The translations under genes were made by a program, and so were the position numbers. This document shows, one piece after another, positions 1 to 8,915 of a stretch of 52,912 bases of DNA. Source of the stretch: Flavobacteriaceae bacterium (GTDB lineage Bacteria > Bacteroidota > Bacteroidia > Flavobacteriales > Flavobacteriaceae); NCBI GenBank assembly GCA_023258055.1, contig JALRAI010000001.1:1-52912 (forward strand). The letters run 5' to 3'. How positions within the stretch are numbered: the stretch's first letter is position 1; the number at the start of each line of letters is the position of its first letter. Below the pieces are notes generated by a model, which was not told the origin of the DNA, did not search any database, and saw only the letters and a list, made by a program, of their open reading frames with translations.

Positions 1-909
1 AAAACCTTGACTTAAATAACCAATATCATCATAGTCAAAATTTGCTCGATCGAATCCGAGATTTGGATGATTTACCAGCAGATATGGGGCGACCGAAATT
101 AAACTAGTGCGGTAACCATTATTTTTTAGGATAGTTAAAACGTGATTTTCTGAAACAATGCTTTCTCGAGCGTCCAGGGCCTCACTAAAACTATTGCCAA
201 AATTGTAATGGTGATGTTTCATCATCATCAGAGCACTATTTGACGACAAAGTTGAGGCATAATTACTGCGAAAATCAGGGTAATGCGTGAATCCCAATTT
301 TGAGAGCTCTGCGGAAAAGGTTGTGTCCTGATGATTGTAGTAGCCTCTATTTAGCTCGCTAAAATTCACCAATCCATCAGGCTGAATCAGGTAAATATTG
401 GGCTTATGGATAAATACGGCACTTAAAACCTCGGTATCGATTTCTTTCCAGGTGTCGGATAAGCTCAAATTGTGCATGACCTGCCCTGCGAGTGGAACCA
501 CAGCCAAAAAGCCCATCAATACTTGCAAGACCATAAATTTTCGATGATGTGCCCCTAGAAAATAAGCATAAACCGCGGCCAAAAGTACAATCGCAGCGGT
601 AATCTTACGATGAGGAGCCTCGAGCAAGGTCACTTTGATAAAAAAGAAAAAAAGGCCGAATCCGATAAAGGCCAACCAGGTTTCTGTCCAGCGGGAAGCT
701 GACATTTTTTTCAGAACATAGGCGCCCAAAGCGGCCACAATGCCCGGCAAGACCACAAATCCTAAAGTAAAAAACAAAAAATGCCCCCAAGAATTGACCA
801 GACTATAGTTATTGCCCGCATAAAACAAAATGGGATAAAGACCACTGCACAGACCCACGAACCATGGACTGAGCTTTTTGTCTTTTATCTTATCAATAAA
901 TCTGGCCAT
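1..909 (-). CDS. Membrane-anchored sulfatase-like / alkaline-phosphatase-superfamily transferase (LTA-synthase-type), 3' end outside window
   Basis: Absent from the ORF track because no stop lies inside the window. The reverse frame is open from ATG at 907-909 down to nt 1 (303 codons). It begins MARFIDKIKDKKLSPWFVGLCSGLYPILFY, continues through several hydrophobic helices, then ...FIHKPNIYLIQPDGLVNF...NYASTLSSNSALMM. That layout fits polytopic N-terminus plus sulfatase-fold enzymes. It starts 7 nt after the stop of the upstream methyltransferase gene. Confidence 0.6.
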   Translation of the reverse strand, partial: MARFIDKIKDKKLSPWFVGLCSGLYPILFYAGNNYSLVNSWGHFLFFTLGFVVLPGIVAALGAYVLKKMSASRWTETWLAFIGFGLFFFFIKVTLLEAPHRKITAAIVLLAAVYAYFLGAHHRKFMVLQVLMGFLAVVPLAGQVMHNLSLSDTWKEIDTEVLSAVFIHKPNIYLIQPDGLVNFSELNRGYYNHQDTTFSAELSKLGFTHYPDFRSNYASTLSSNSALMMMKHHHYNFGNSFSEALDARESIVSENHVLTILKNNGYRTSLISVAPYLLVNHPNLGFDRANFDYDDIGYLSQGF

Positions 910-916
910 ACCGCAA

Positions 917-2302
917 CTATTCGCGGGTTTTCATTAGATAGAGCACCCGATGACTCCCTGGAATCTCTACTTTTTCTTCTATAGTAAAATACGCTTTATA
1001 AGCCTGCTCAAATTCTTCCTGGTTGTAATGGTCAAAATGATTGATAAACTCTCTTTTACGCTGCAATAGAGAATCTACCCAACTGTCGTGGCGCTTAGGA
1101 AACTCAATCACCAAAACAGAGGTTAAATCGGCAAAAAATCGTGCAGAATCTTCAAAAGGAATATTTCCTGACAGGGTCATATGGTGGATTACCGCCAAAG
1201 CTAATACCGCCTGTGGACCCCAAGCAGAAAGACGCTTAAGTATTGAGTCTCGCTCATTATTGGACCAGCCTATTCCCGGACTGGGTTGAGCCACATCAAA
1301 CCAAAGGGGCAACATATTGACTTCTTTATTAGTCTGAACTTGAGCGAAATTCAAATCTACTGCCGTGTGATCAATATCGGCCACTACCGCCAAATCAAGG
1401 TCCTTGAGTAATACACGAGCAAAGGTGCCATCATTACCTCCTATATCCAATACTCTGCGTAGCCCACCACCGGTGATCCACTTTTGGATTTGCTCTTTTT
1501 TAAAGTTAAAAGCCTCAGGCTGATAATTGGTTTTATTGTAGTAATCGCCCCACTCGGTCTGCTCCTTCAGCTCTAATTTATCGATATAGTCATATAACGA
1601 ACGCAGTAGATTGCGCAAACCCTTTTTGGACAGCTTTATTTCCCGTGATTTAGGCTTATACTCATCATTGTGTTTGGCCTCCATTTTGGCCATGAGATGA
1701 ATGTTGGTGTACAATGTAGGACTCAATTTGGTGCGCTTTGGTAACATGGAGGCTGCAAGAGCAACGGGAATCCCATCAATATGAGTTTGCATCATTTTCA
1801 GGGCTTCTGCGCCGTGATAATGCGCCAAGACAAGAGGGGCAAAAAAATGCGATATAAATTGCTTATAGGCGCGCCATGGACTGTCTTTTTGATAAAAATC
1901 AAATGATAAGGTATCGATAAAGACCGGCCTTCCTCGATGATACGTGACATTATAGGCCGAAGCATCTTTAAGCGAAAAATCCCGATCTAAGGCATAATTC
2001 TGGAGCTTAAGCGTTAAGAGTGCAGCCTGCTTATACTGATGAAAACTCCATTCGTAAGGATAGGTCACAAGCTGAATTTGCTCGGGCAGCAATACTATGG
2101 ATTCATCAGTGCGTTCTTGCTCCAGGTGGGGAATTAGCAACTTTGCCTTGAATAGGGGGGTAAAAAAATCCTCCTTGCACAAGGCATCGTATACCGGAAA
2201 ATAAATAGGATTAATGACTCTCTTAATCGAGGACCCTTCATTAACAATGTATCCTGAGGGGTCACGAAATGAGGCCGGATGTCTATGAGCCTTGCTCTTC
2301 AT
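917..2302 (-). CDS. Class I SAM-dependent methyltransferase with a ~250-aa N-terminal domain of unknown function
   Basis: The C-terminal half carries the SAM-binding motif I (VLDIGGNDGTFA) and Rossmann-like spacing. The N-terminal half (SFRDPSGYIV...LKDASAYNV...FIDTLSF) is not methyltransferase-like. Start placed at the ATG at 2300-2302 (MKSKAHRH...); the track start at 2347 would overlap the upstream small ORF by 65 nt. Confidence 0.7.
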   Translation of the reverse strand: MKSKAHRHPASFRDPSGYIVNEGSSIKRVINPIYFPVYDALCKEDFFTPLFKAKLLIPHLEQERTDESIVLLPEQIQLVTYPYEWSFHQYKQAALLTLKLQNYALDRDFSLKDASAYNVTYHRGRPVFIDTLSFDFYQKDSPWRAYKQFISHFFAPLVLAHYHGAEALKMMQTHIDGIPVALAASMLPKRTKLSPTLYTNIHLMAKMEAKHNDEYKPKSREIKLSKKGLRNLLRSLYDYIDKLELKEQTEWGDYYNKTNYQPEAFNFKKEQIQKWITGGGLRRVLDIGGNDGTFARVLLKDLDLAVVADIDHTAVDLNFAQVQTNKEVNMLPLWFDVAQPSPGIGWSNNERDSILKRLSAWGPQAVLALAVIHHMTLSGNIPFEDSARFFADLTSVLVIEFPKRHDSWVDSLLQRKREFINHFDHYNQEEFEQAYKAYFTIEEKVEIPGSHRVLYLMKTRE

Positions 2303-2507
2303 TAGGTTGTTTTTCGTCTTGCTCGTAATCAATGGTATCAATCCCATCTTTTTGAGACTTGGTCAGACCAAAAAACGATTTCACTTTGTACATAAAGTTT
2401 TTTGAAAACAATACAATACCCGCAGCAGCAGCGACTATGGCTTGAACGAGCATAGCGCCCAGTCCTGGATCAAAGTAAAGAAACATCATTGTAAAATAGC
2501 CCATCAT
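2283..2507 (-). CDS. Small membrane protein (one TM helix, DPGLG motif, acidic C-terminal tail)
   Basis: Contains ...MMFLYFDPGLGAMLVQAIVAAAAGIVLFSKNF... followed by the tail DYEQDEKQPNEEQGS. It is co-directional with and overlaps the methyltransferase start by 20 nt. The track start at 2510 is GTG; ATG candidates lie at 2507, 2504, 2489 and 2486. Small size makes this tentative. Confidence 0.4.
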   Translation of the reverse strand: MMGYFTMMFLYFDPGLGAMLVQAIVAAAAGIVLFSKNFMYKVKSFFGLTKSQKDGIDTIDYEQDEKQPNEEQGS

Positions 2508-2616
2508 CACTTTTATTGGTCCTTAGACACAAATTAAATAAAAATGCAGCACTTAACCCCTTTTATCCCGTTTAAACTTTATAAAATCGGGGCTTTGTAC
2601 TCATTTTAAATCCTGC

Positions 2617-4410
2617 TTAAACCTTTGAGCGCTTTCGGTCGACTTCCTTGAGCAGAATTTTACGCAAGCGCAGATGATTCGGGGTAACTTCTACGTATTC
2701 ATCTTTTTGAATGTATTCCAAAGCCTCTTCAAGTGAAAATTTAATCGCTGGAACGATTCTCGCTTTATCGTCGGCTCCGGAAGAACGCACGTTTGTCAAT
2801 TTTTTGGTCTTGGTGACATTGACCGCCATATCGTCTTGTCTAGAGTTTTCTCCGATAACCTGACCTTCATAGATTTCCTCTCCTGGATCGATAAAAAATC
2901 GTCCTCGTTCTTGAAGTTTATCGATAGAATAAGGAATAGCTGTCCCATTTTCCATAGACACCATACTGCCGTTTTGACGCTCAGGGATCCCGCCTTTCAT
3001 CGGTTGATATTCCAAAAAGCGGTGAGTCATAATGGCCTCGCCAGCCGTAGCGGTTAACAATTGGTTTCTCAGCCCTATGATGCCACGAGAAGGAATGATG
3101 AATCGACAAACCATACGGTCACCCTTAGCTTCCATGCTTTGCATTTCCCCTTTGCGAATGGTCACCATATCAATGGCTCGACCACTTACCTCTTCTGGTA
3201 AATCAATAGTCAATTCCTCTACTGGCTCACAAGAGACCCCATCAATTTGTTTTATGATCACCTGCGGCTGCCCGATCTGAAGCTCATAGCCCTCGCGTCG
3301 CATAGTCTCAATAAGGACCGATAGATGCAATACCCCACGGCCAAAAACCATGAACTTATCTGCGCTATCTGTTTCCTGGACGCGCAAGGCAAGGTTTTTT
3401 TCCAATTCGCGATTTAAACGCTCTTTGACGTGGCGAGAGGTCACGAATTTTCCGTCTTTCCCAAAAAACGGAGAATCATTTATTGTAAAGAGCATACTCA
3501 TGGTAGGCTCATCGATGGCAATGGTAGCCAAAGCTTCAGGCTGCTCAATATCTCCGATACAATCCCCTATTTCAAAGCCCTCAAGCCCTACAACAGCGCA
3601 AATATCTCCGGCATTGACCTGAGTCACTTTTTTACGACCGAGCCCCTCAAAAGTAAAGAGCTCTTTAATTCGGCTTTTTACAATCGACCCATCGCGCTTA
3701 ATCAGGGAAACATTCATTGCTTCATTTAAGGTTCCACGCTGTAGGCGGCCTATAGCAATACGCCCAGTAAATGAGGAATAATCGAGTGAAGTAATGAGCA
3801 TTTGCGCAGTTCCTTCTTCGATTTTAGGTGAAGGAATATGATCCAAAACCATGTCTAACAAGGGCGCAATGGTGTCTGTAGGTTGTTTCCAATCCGGACT
3901 CATCCAATTTTGTTTTGCTGAACCATATACTGTGGGAAAATCGAGTTGCCACTCTTCAGCCCCTAAATCAAACATCAAATCAAACACCGCCTCGTGAACC
4001 TCCTCTGGGGTGCAATTTTCTTTATCTACCTTATTGACCACCACACATGGCTTTTTACCCAGTGAAATAGCTTTTTGAAGCACAAATCGGGTCTGTGGCA
4101 TAGGCCCTTCAAAAGCATCAACCAGTAACAATACACCGTCAGCCATATTCAAGACACGCTCTACCTCTCCACCAAAGTCGGCGTGACCTGGGGTATCAAT
4201 GATATTGATTTTTGTGTCTTTATAGACTACTGAAACGTTTTTTGAGGTAATGGTTATTCCGCGTTCGCGCTCCAAATCGTTGTTGTCCAAAATCAATTCC
4301 CCCGTTTTTTCATGGGCTTGAAATAAACTACAATGATGTAAAATTTTATCAACCAAGGTGGTCTTACCATGGTCAACGTGCGCAATAATGGCGATATTTT
4401 TTATGTTCAT
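2617..4410 (-). CDS. typA: Translational GTPase TypA/BipA
   Basis: [17 protein letters not shown] (G1), [14 protein letters not shown] (G3), NKVD (G4). The 597-aa length and EF-G-like domain order match BipA. Confidence 0.95.
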   Translation of the reverse strand: MNIKNIAIIAHVDHGKTTLVDKILHHCSLFQAHEKTGELILDNNDLERERGITITSKNVSVVYKDTKINIIDTPGHADFGGEVERVLNMADGVLLLVDAFEGPMPQTRFVLQKAISLGKKPCVVVNKVDKENCTPEEVHEAVFDLMFDLGAEEWQLDFPTVYGSAKQNWMSPDWKQPTDTIAPLLDMVLDHIPSPKIEEGTAQMLITSLDYSSFTGRIAIGRLQRGTLNEAMNVSLIKRDGSIVKSRIKELFTFEGLGRKKVTQVNAGDICAVVGLEGFEIGDCIGDIEQPEALATIAIDEPTMSMLFTINDSPFFGKDGKFVTSRHVKERLNRELEKNLALRVQETDSADKFMVFGRGVLHLSVLIETMRREGYELQIGQPQVIIKQIDGVSCEPVEELTIDLPEEVSGRAIDMVTIRKGEMQSMEAKGDRMVCRFIIPSRGIIGLRNQLLTATAGEAIMTHRFLEYQPMKGGIPERQNGSMVSMENGTAIPYSIDKLQERGRFFIDPGEEIYEGQVIGENSRQDDMAVNVTKTKKLTNVRSSGADDKARIVPAIKFSLEEALEYIQKDEYVEVTPNHLRLRKILLKEVDRKRSKV

Positions 4411-4526
4411 ATCCTGGGTTAAAAGCGGCGCAAAAGTACTGTTATTTAGCTAATAAAGAAGCGCAGTGCTATTTTATTTTAATACCGGGCTTGATAATTC
4501 TCCATGTAGTCCACTCATATTTAGTG

Positions 4527-4534
4527 TATCTTTG
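4527..4534 (+). promoter_or_regulatory. Candidate Bacteroidota -7 promoter box (TAnnTTTG) for kdsA
   Basis: TATCTTTG lies 19 nt upstream of the ATG at 4553. It sits inside the GTG-initiated N-terminal extension in the ORF track, which argues for the shorter kdsA start. Confidence 0.3.
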
Positions 4535-4552
4535 TGGCGAAAAAATAGCTTT

Positions 4553-5371
4553 ATGGACTTGACCAAGATCCCCAGACTAAAACACACCGACAGTAACAAT
4601 TTTTTCCTATTGGCTGGCCCATGTGCCATTGAGGGTCATGATATGGCTATGCGTATTGCTGAGTCTATTGTGGCCATTAGTGAGGAGCTCTCTATACCTT
4701 TTATTTTTAAAGGCAGTTTTAAAAAAGCGAACAGAAGTCGTTTGGATAGCTTTACGGGTATTGGAGATCACGAGGCTTTGACTATACTTCGTGCAGTTGG
4801 AGAACGCTTTGACATACCTACGGTTACGGACATACATAAAGAAAGTGATGCCGCCATGGCCGCTGAGTTTGTTGATGTTTTACAAATTCCAGCATTCTTA
4901 GTTCGCCAGACGGATCTATTAGTTGCTGCAGCCCAAACAGGCAAAGTGGTCAATCTCAAAAAAGGGCAGTTTATGAGCCCTGAGAGTATGAAACACGCAG
5001 TTGTAAAAGTGCAGGAGTCAGGAAACAATCAAGTCATGATTACGGACCGAGGCAGCATGTTTGGCTATCAAGATCTCATTGTAGATTTCAGAGGGATCCC
5101 CACCATGAAAACTTATGCGCCAACTGTACTCGATGTCACACACAGCCTACAGCAACCTAATCAAAGTGCGGGGGTTACAGGAGGACGTCCCGAGATGATT
5201 GAAACTATCGCGCGTGCTGGTATCGCTACTGGAGTGGATGGTTTATTTATAGAGACGCATTTTAATCCTACAGAGGCCAAAAGCGACGGCGCTAACATGC
5301 TGGATTTAAAAAATCTCCCAGGTCTAATGCGCAAATTAGTCGCGCTGCGCCAAACCATCAATAAATTTTAA
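4553..5371 (+). CDS. kdsA: 3-deoxy-8-phosphooctulonate (KDO-8-P) synthase
   Basis: FFLLAGPCAIEG, KGSFKKANRS, DVLQIPAFLVRQTDLL, LKKGQFMSP, THSLQ. The track start at 4466 is GTG with a non-homologous leader; ATG at 4553 gives MDLTKIPRLK... Confidence 0.93.
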   Translation: MDLTKIPRLKHTDSNNFFLLAGPCAIEGHDMAMRIAESIVAISEELSIPFIFKGSFKKANRSRLDSFTGIGDHEALTILRAVGERFDIPTVTDIHKESDAAMAAEFVDVLQIPAFLVRQTDLLVAAAQTGKVVNLKKGQFMSPESMKHAVVKVQESGNNQVMITDRGSMFGYQDLIVDFRGIPTMKTYAPTVLDVTHSLQQPNQSAGVTGGRPEMIETIARAGIATGVDGLFIETHFNPTEAKSDGANMLDLKNLPGLMRKLVALRQTINKF

Positions 5372-5413
5372 GGATCAACTTTAAGAATCAGAGGACCTCA
5401 CAAACAAAGTGCG

Positions 5414-6655
5414 TTAATAACACGCGGCATAATTTTGAAGGTAGCTAAATCGAGGTGTGAGACGGCCCATACTATCTGTAATTTGAGCCCTTGAAAGTAC
5501 CCCTTCTTCATCGCCATCAAAAAATGAGGGCGCAATTTCTGCTAAAAATTGCTCTCCAAAACCATGACTGGCATCTCTAGGAAGCTCACATGGCAGGTTA
5601 TCCACAGCCATGACCCCAATGACCTCTGGAGCGTCGACATGGGTCTCAAGGTGGGTGTGGGGATTATAACCGAAAAACGGCTCAGCAATAGTCGAAGGAC
5701 GAATCGTGCAGGCCACCGGCCCATCAATATCGCAGGAAATATCGGCTACCACTTTAATCCGACAATCCGGCTCCGCCAAAGCAGCGCGCGTCAGAATTTG
5801 AGGGGCTCCGTTGCCATAAAAATGTCCTGCAATAAACATATCGATGACCTTGGTAAATCGATCAAAATTACCCTCATACCGTTCAGGAAATTGATAAAAT
5901 TCTCTACGATCAAAGTCCTTAGCCTCCTTGTGCTTGTTATAGTCTTCAAGATCGAGCATGGCGTAGCTCGGTCCGTTATTGCCCCCACCTAATAGCTGGG
6001 TAGGGCTCACTTGATGAAGTCCGATATGATCGACAATTTCTTTAGCCCCGAGGGCCACCTTGCCACGACCCGTGATCAAGGTTTTAAAATTGTCGGGCAA
6101 TACAACTTTACTTAATGCCTGTTTAACCGCATCATAATCATACAAATGCTCGACTTTGGGTAGGTCAAAGGCTTTTGTTTTTAGTCCAAAGAGTCTGAAA
6201 CCATTGTAAGCGCCGACAATACCAGCATAACGCCCAAAACCTATCAGTCTCTTACCAGACTCTGAAACGAAAGTCTCGTGATCGTACAGAGCGATTTTTT
6301 TAGCACAAATGGCCTGCATAAGCCCCTGATTATAAGGCTGCATCTTAATGGTATGACTAAAAAATAAATAAGCTTTTTCCTCCACAAGTGCTGAAATTGG
6401 CACTTCCTTGACCCCTAAAAAAACATCGGCAAATGAGACATCATCCTGGACTTCGATTCCCTGATCTCGGTATTGCTGATCAGAAAATATTCTGATGTCT
6501 GAAGATTCTACAACCAATCTTGCCTCAGGAAATCTTGTTTTGAATTCGAGACATTGCTCAGGGGTCATCACCACGCGTTTATCTGGTGGTGATTTGCGCT
6601 CTTTGATCAGGGCAAAAGTCAATGACATGGTATTGGTAAGGTTGAAATTGCTCAT
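5414..6655 (-). CDS. Alanine dehydrogenase/PNT-family NAD(P) oxidoreductase (lysine-ketoglutarate reductase / saccharopine dehydrogenase-like)
   Basis: The N-terminus IKERKSPPDKRVVMTP, the dinucleotide-binding segment LITGRGKVALGA, and the C-terminal VADISCDIDGP resemble LKR/saccharopine-dehydrogenase-type enzymes. The track start at 6700 is TTG; ATGs occur at 6655 and 6628. Confidence 0.6.
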   Translation of the reverse strand: MSNFNLTNTMSLTFALIKERKSPPDKRVVMTPEQCLEFKTRFPEARLVVESSDIRIFSDQQYRDQGIEVQDDVSFADVFLGVKEVPISALVEEKAYLFFSHTIKMQPYNQGLMQAICAKKIALYDHETFVSESGKRLIGFGRYAGIVGAYNGFRLFGLKTKAFDLPKVEHLYDYDAVKQALSKVVLPDNFKTLITGRGKVALGAKEIVDHIGLHQVSPTQLLGGGNNGPSYAMLDLEDYNKHKEAKDFDRREFYQFPERYEGNFDRFTKVIDMFIAGHFYGNGAPQILTRAALAEPDCRIKVVADISCDIDGPVACTIRPSTIAEPFFGYNPHTHLETHVDAPEVIGVMAVDNLPCELPRDASHGFGEQFLAEIAPSFFDGDEEGVLSRAQITDSMGRLTPRFSYLQNYAACY

Positions 6656-6675
6656 ACAAAGATAGCTTTTTCGCT

Positions 6676-6683
6676 TATCTTTG
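6676..6683 (+). promoter_or_regulatory. Candidate -7 promoter box (TAnnTTTG) for ssrA precursor
   Basis: TATCTTTG lies 48 nt upstream of the mature tmRNA 5' end. It is intergenic only if the neighbouring CDS starts at 6655 or 6628. Confidence 0.3.
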
Positions 6684-6730
6684 CCCTGGTAAAAAACCAA
6701 GCTTAAGTTGGTTTTTTATTAAAACAACTT

Positions 6731-7129
6731 GGGGCCGACTGGTTTTGACAGCGGGTTTCATTGGTTGGTAAGCATGTCGAGCGCTGGGATACAGCTCGTA
6801 AATCTCATATTTCACACTTTTTTAAACGGCGAGAATAACTACGCCCTAGCTGCATAATCCGAATCATAGTAGGATATGCCTCGGCCCGCAAGGCGGGCAA
6901 GCAGGAAGTCACTCGAAGGCCTTGGTTTGCGGCAATCGATTTAGTGGCTTCGTAAAAGTAAACCTAGCTTAGTCAGGGCTTTGATGACTTTGCGAAATTT
7001 AAATGAAGCTAAGTCTTGAGCAGGCCGTTTTCAGCCAGCAATAGAACGAAAATCCTAATGAAAACTAAGCATGTAGAAAGTCAGGCAACGGCACGTTTGG
7101 ACGGGAGTTCGACTCTCCCCGGCTCCACA
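6731..7129 (+). ncRNA. ssrA: tmRNA (SsrA)
   Basis: The 5' GGGGCCG pairs with the 3' CGGCTCC plus discriminator A (tRNA-Ala-like acceptor). T-arm is GGGAG-TTCGACT-CTCCC. The internal tag reading frame at 6828-6857 is GGC GAG AAT AAC TAC GCC CTA GCT GCA TAA, giving GENNYALAA*. Confidence 0.9.
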
Positions 7130-7140
7130 AAAGAATCTAA

Positions 7141-7195
7141 AACACCGAGAAAAAAAGCGACTGTAAAGGCACGATTCTCGGTGTTTTTTCTTTTT
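7141..7195 (+). terminator. Rho-independent terminator of ssrA
   Basis: Perfect 11-bp stem AACACCGAGAA (7141-7151) / TTCTCGGTGTT (7175-7185) followed by TTTTTTCTTTTT. The loop is long (23 nt). Confidence 0.55.
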
Positions 7196-7290
7196 AGAGC
7201 TAAATGTCTTGAACTTAATTGGGCCTCATGTCGATGGAGTCGAGGCCCGCTCTGAATATTCTGCAGCACGAGAGGTTCTTGGGCTAACAA

Positions 7291-7599
7291 TTATTCTAAT
7301 GCACCAGACCAAGCAGAGATACCCCCCAAAAGATTATAAGTATTTTTGAGTCCAACAGCGTTCATCAGCATACATGCCTGGGCACTGCGTCCCCCTGAGC
7401 GGCAGTAAACATAGTAGTTCTTATCAGGGTCCATAGCCTTTATTTGGTCCATAAATTGACTGCTGTACTGAATATTGCACTGAATTGCTCCAGGAATCTT
7501 ACCTTCTTCTACTTCCATATCGGTACGGACATCGATGATCAGCCCATCACTATCTTCTGCAGACCTCGCTGCCCAATCTGTTTGATTTAAATCTGTCAT
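7291..7599 (-). CDS. Rhodanese-like single-domain sulfurtransferase
   Basis: Active-site loop YCRSGGRS and the typical GGISAW C-terminus. The track start at 7659 is GTG; ATG at 7597-7599 gives a 102-aa protein (MTDLNQTDW...). Confidence 0.85.
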   Translation of the reverse strand: MTDLNQTDWAARSAEDSDGLIIDVRTDMEVEEGKIPGAIQCNIQYSSQFMDQIKAMDPDKNYYVYCRSGGRSAQACMLMNAVGLKNTYNLLGGISAWSGALE

Positions 7600-7689
7600 T
7601 TTCTTAAAATAAAGGTCAAATTTAATCAAAAACCAGCCCACGGAGTTAGAATTTTTCACTGAATGTTGCCAATATCATTTCAATTTTAA

Positions 7690-7697
7690 TAAATTTG
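7690..7697 (+). promoter_or_regulatory. Candidate -7 promoter box (TAAATTTG) for marR-yceI
   Basis: Matches TAnnTTTG 27 nt upstream of the ATG at 7724 and overlaps the palindrome listed next. Confidence 0.35.
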
Positions 7698-7722
7698 TAC
7701 CTACAAATATTGTAGATACAAA
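7694..7722. promoter_or_regulatory. Nested 29-bp palindrome, candidate MarR operator
   Basis: TTTGTA-c-CTACAA-ata-TTGTAG-a-TACAAA. Both the inner 6-3-6 and the outer 6-bp arms are perfect inverted repeats. It lies directly between the -7 box and the marR ATG. Confidence 0.45.
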
Positions 7723-7723
7723 A

Positions 7724-8176
7724 ATGAATATTGAAAAGAGCATAAAAAACTCTATCCCGCTTTCTCCAGAGGCGCGAACTACAGTAAATATCTTATTCAC
7801 CTCGCGTTTTATCGAAGAACATAGCGCGCCTTTGTACAAAGAATACGGCATCACCATGGCTCATTTCAATATTCTTAGAATTCTGCGTGGTCAAAAAGGA
7901 AAACCAGCAAATTTATCAACCCTACAAGAGCGTATGATTGACCGCAGCAGCAATACCACAAGACTCATAGACAAACTCATAACAAAAAAATGGGTCACCC
8001 GCAGAGTCTGCCCCTCTAACAGAAGAAAAATAGAAGTTTATATTACTGAATTGGGACTGAGTACCTTGTCCGAAATTGATCGCGGTGTAGAGCGTACTTT
8101 AAAAGGAATTTTAGCTAATTTAACCCAGCAGGAAATGGGTCTGCTCAACACCCTACTGGATAAAGTTAGAGCATAA
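7724..8176 (+). CDS. MarR-family transcriptional regulator
   Basis: Winged-helix segment HFNILRILRGQKGKPANLSTLQERMIDRSSNTTRLIDKLITKKWVTRRVCPSNRRKIEVYITELG. Size is 150 aa. Confidence 0.85.
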   Translation: MNIEKSIKNSIPLSPEARTTVNILFTSRFIEEHSAPLYKEYGITMAHFNILRILRGQKGKPANLSTLQERMIDRSSNTTRLIDKLITKKWVTRRVCPSNRRKIEVYITELGLSTLSEIDRGVERTLKGILANLTQQEMGLLNTLLDKVRA

Positions 8177-8228
8177 ATAATAACGTAAAATCAAAATCTA
8201 TTAATCCAAACATTTAAATCAAACGACT

Positions 8229-8801
8229 ATGAAAAAGTTCTTTAAATCAGCAGCACTCATCTTGAGTACATTTTTAACCCTCAGCGTTATGGCCAGCAAC
8301 CCAGGTGAGCCAAAACCAGTAAAGTCAAGTTCTGTCAGCTGGACCGCCAGTAAAGTAACTGGGACTCACTCTGGAATCATCACTCTGGGACAAAGCCACC
8401 TTGAAATGGAAGGAGAGCGCGTTGTCGGTGGACGCATCGAGGTCGATATGAGCACTATCGTGGTTACCGACCTAGAAGGCGAATACAAAACTAAATTAGA
8501 AGATCACCTCAAAACAGATGATTTCTTTGGTGTAGCCCAGTATCCTACAGCCAGCCTTGATATCACTGGATCAACAGCTAACGATGATGGTAGCCAGCAA
8601 GTGACTGGTAACATCACAATTAAAGGGGTAACCCAGCCAATTAGCTTTACCATGTCATTTAAAGGAAACTACGCTACAGCGGAATTGAATATCGACCGCA
8701 CTAAATTTGGTATCCGTTATGGATCAGGAAGCTTCATAGAAAATCTAGGCGATAAGGCCATCAATGATGAATTTCAAATTCGCGCAAAGCTCGAATTATA
8801 A
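8229..8801 (+). CDS. YceI-family (polyisoprenoid-binding-like) secreted protein
   Basis: Signal peptide, then the YceI pattern: WTASKVTGTHSG, IEVDMSTI, HLKTDDFFGVAQYPTASL, TIKGVTQPISF, IDRTKFGI. Confidence 0.85.
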   Translation: MKKFFKSAALILSTFLTLSVMASNPGEPKPVKSSSVSWTASKVTGTHSGIITLGQSHLEMEGERVVGGRIEVDMSTIVVTDLEGEYKTKLEDHLKTDDFFGVAQYPTASLDITGSTANDDGSQQVTGNITIKGVTQPISFTMSFKGNYATAELNIDRTKFGIRYGSGSFIENLGDKAINDEFQIRAKLEL

Positions 8802-8827
8802 GCCTCAAGCCTACGCACATTTTAAAA

Positions 8828-8851
8828 AGCCCGCATCTGGCGGGTTTTTTT
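8828..8851 (+). terminator. Rho-independent terminator after yceI
   Basis: GC-rich hairpin CCCGC-atctg-GCGGG followed by a T7 run. Confidence 0.55.
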
Positions 8852-8915
8852 ATGCCTAAAAATAAATAACGCCACCCCTTATTTGTAATTTTACCTTTCA
8901 AAGCCCGATGAAAAA

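Noticed and set aside
4466-4552. N-terminal extensions in the ORF track (kdsA 4466; also 6700, 7659, 15853, 29650, 32181, 41549, 2510)
   Set aside because: All of these begin at GTG or TTG codons and add non-homologous or hydrophobic leaders. Downstream ATGs give N-termini that match the expected family starts or signal peptides. For kdsA, a -7 promoter box lies inside the extension.
7221-7248. Hairpin GGGCCTC-N14-GAGGCCC downstream of the rhodanese gene
   Set aside because: No T-run follows on either strand and the loop is long. It may be a weak or decoy structure, but I cannot support calling it a terminator or regulatory RNA.
7016-7290. Track ORFs 7016-7255 (+) and 7081-7290 (-), 79 and 69 aa
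   Set aside because: Both overlap the 3' half of the tmRNA gene and its terminator. Their composition is odd and they lie in a region fully explained by ssrA.
6731-7290. Possible genomic island integrated at ssrA (tmRNA genes are common att sites)
   Set aside because: No integrase follows ssrA and I could not see a direct repeat of its 3' end. The gene is followed by its own terminator and then ordinary genes (rhodanese, marR, yceI).
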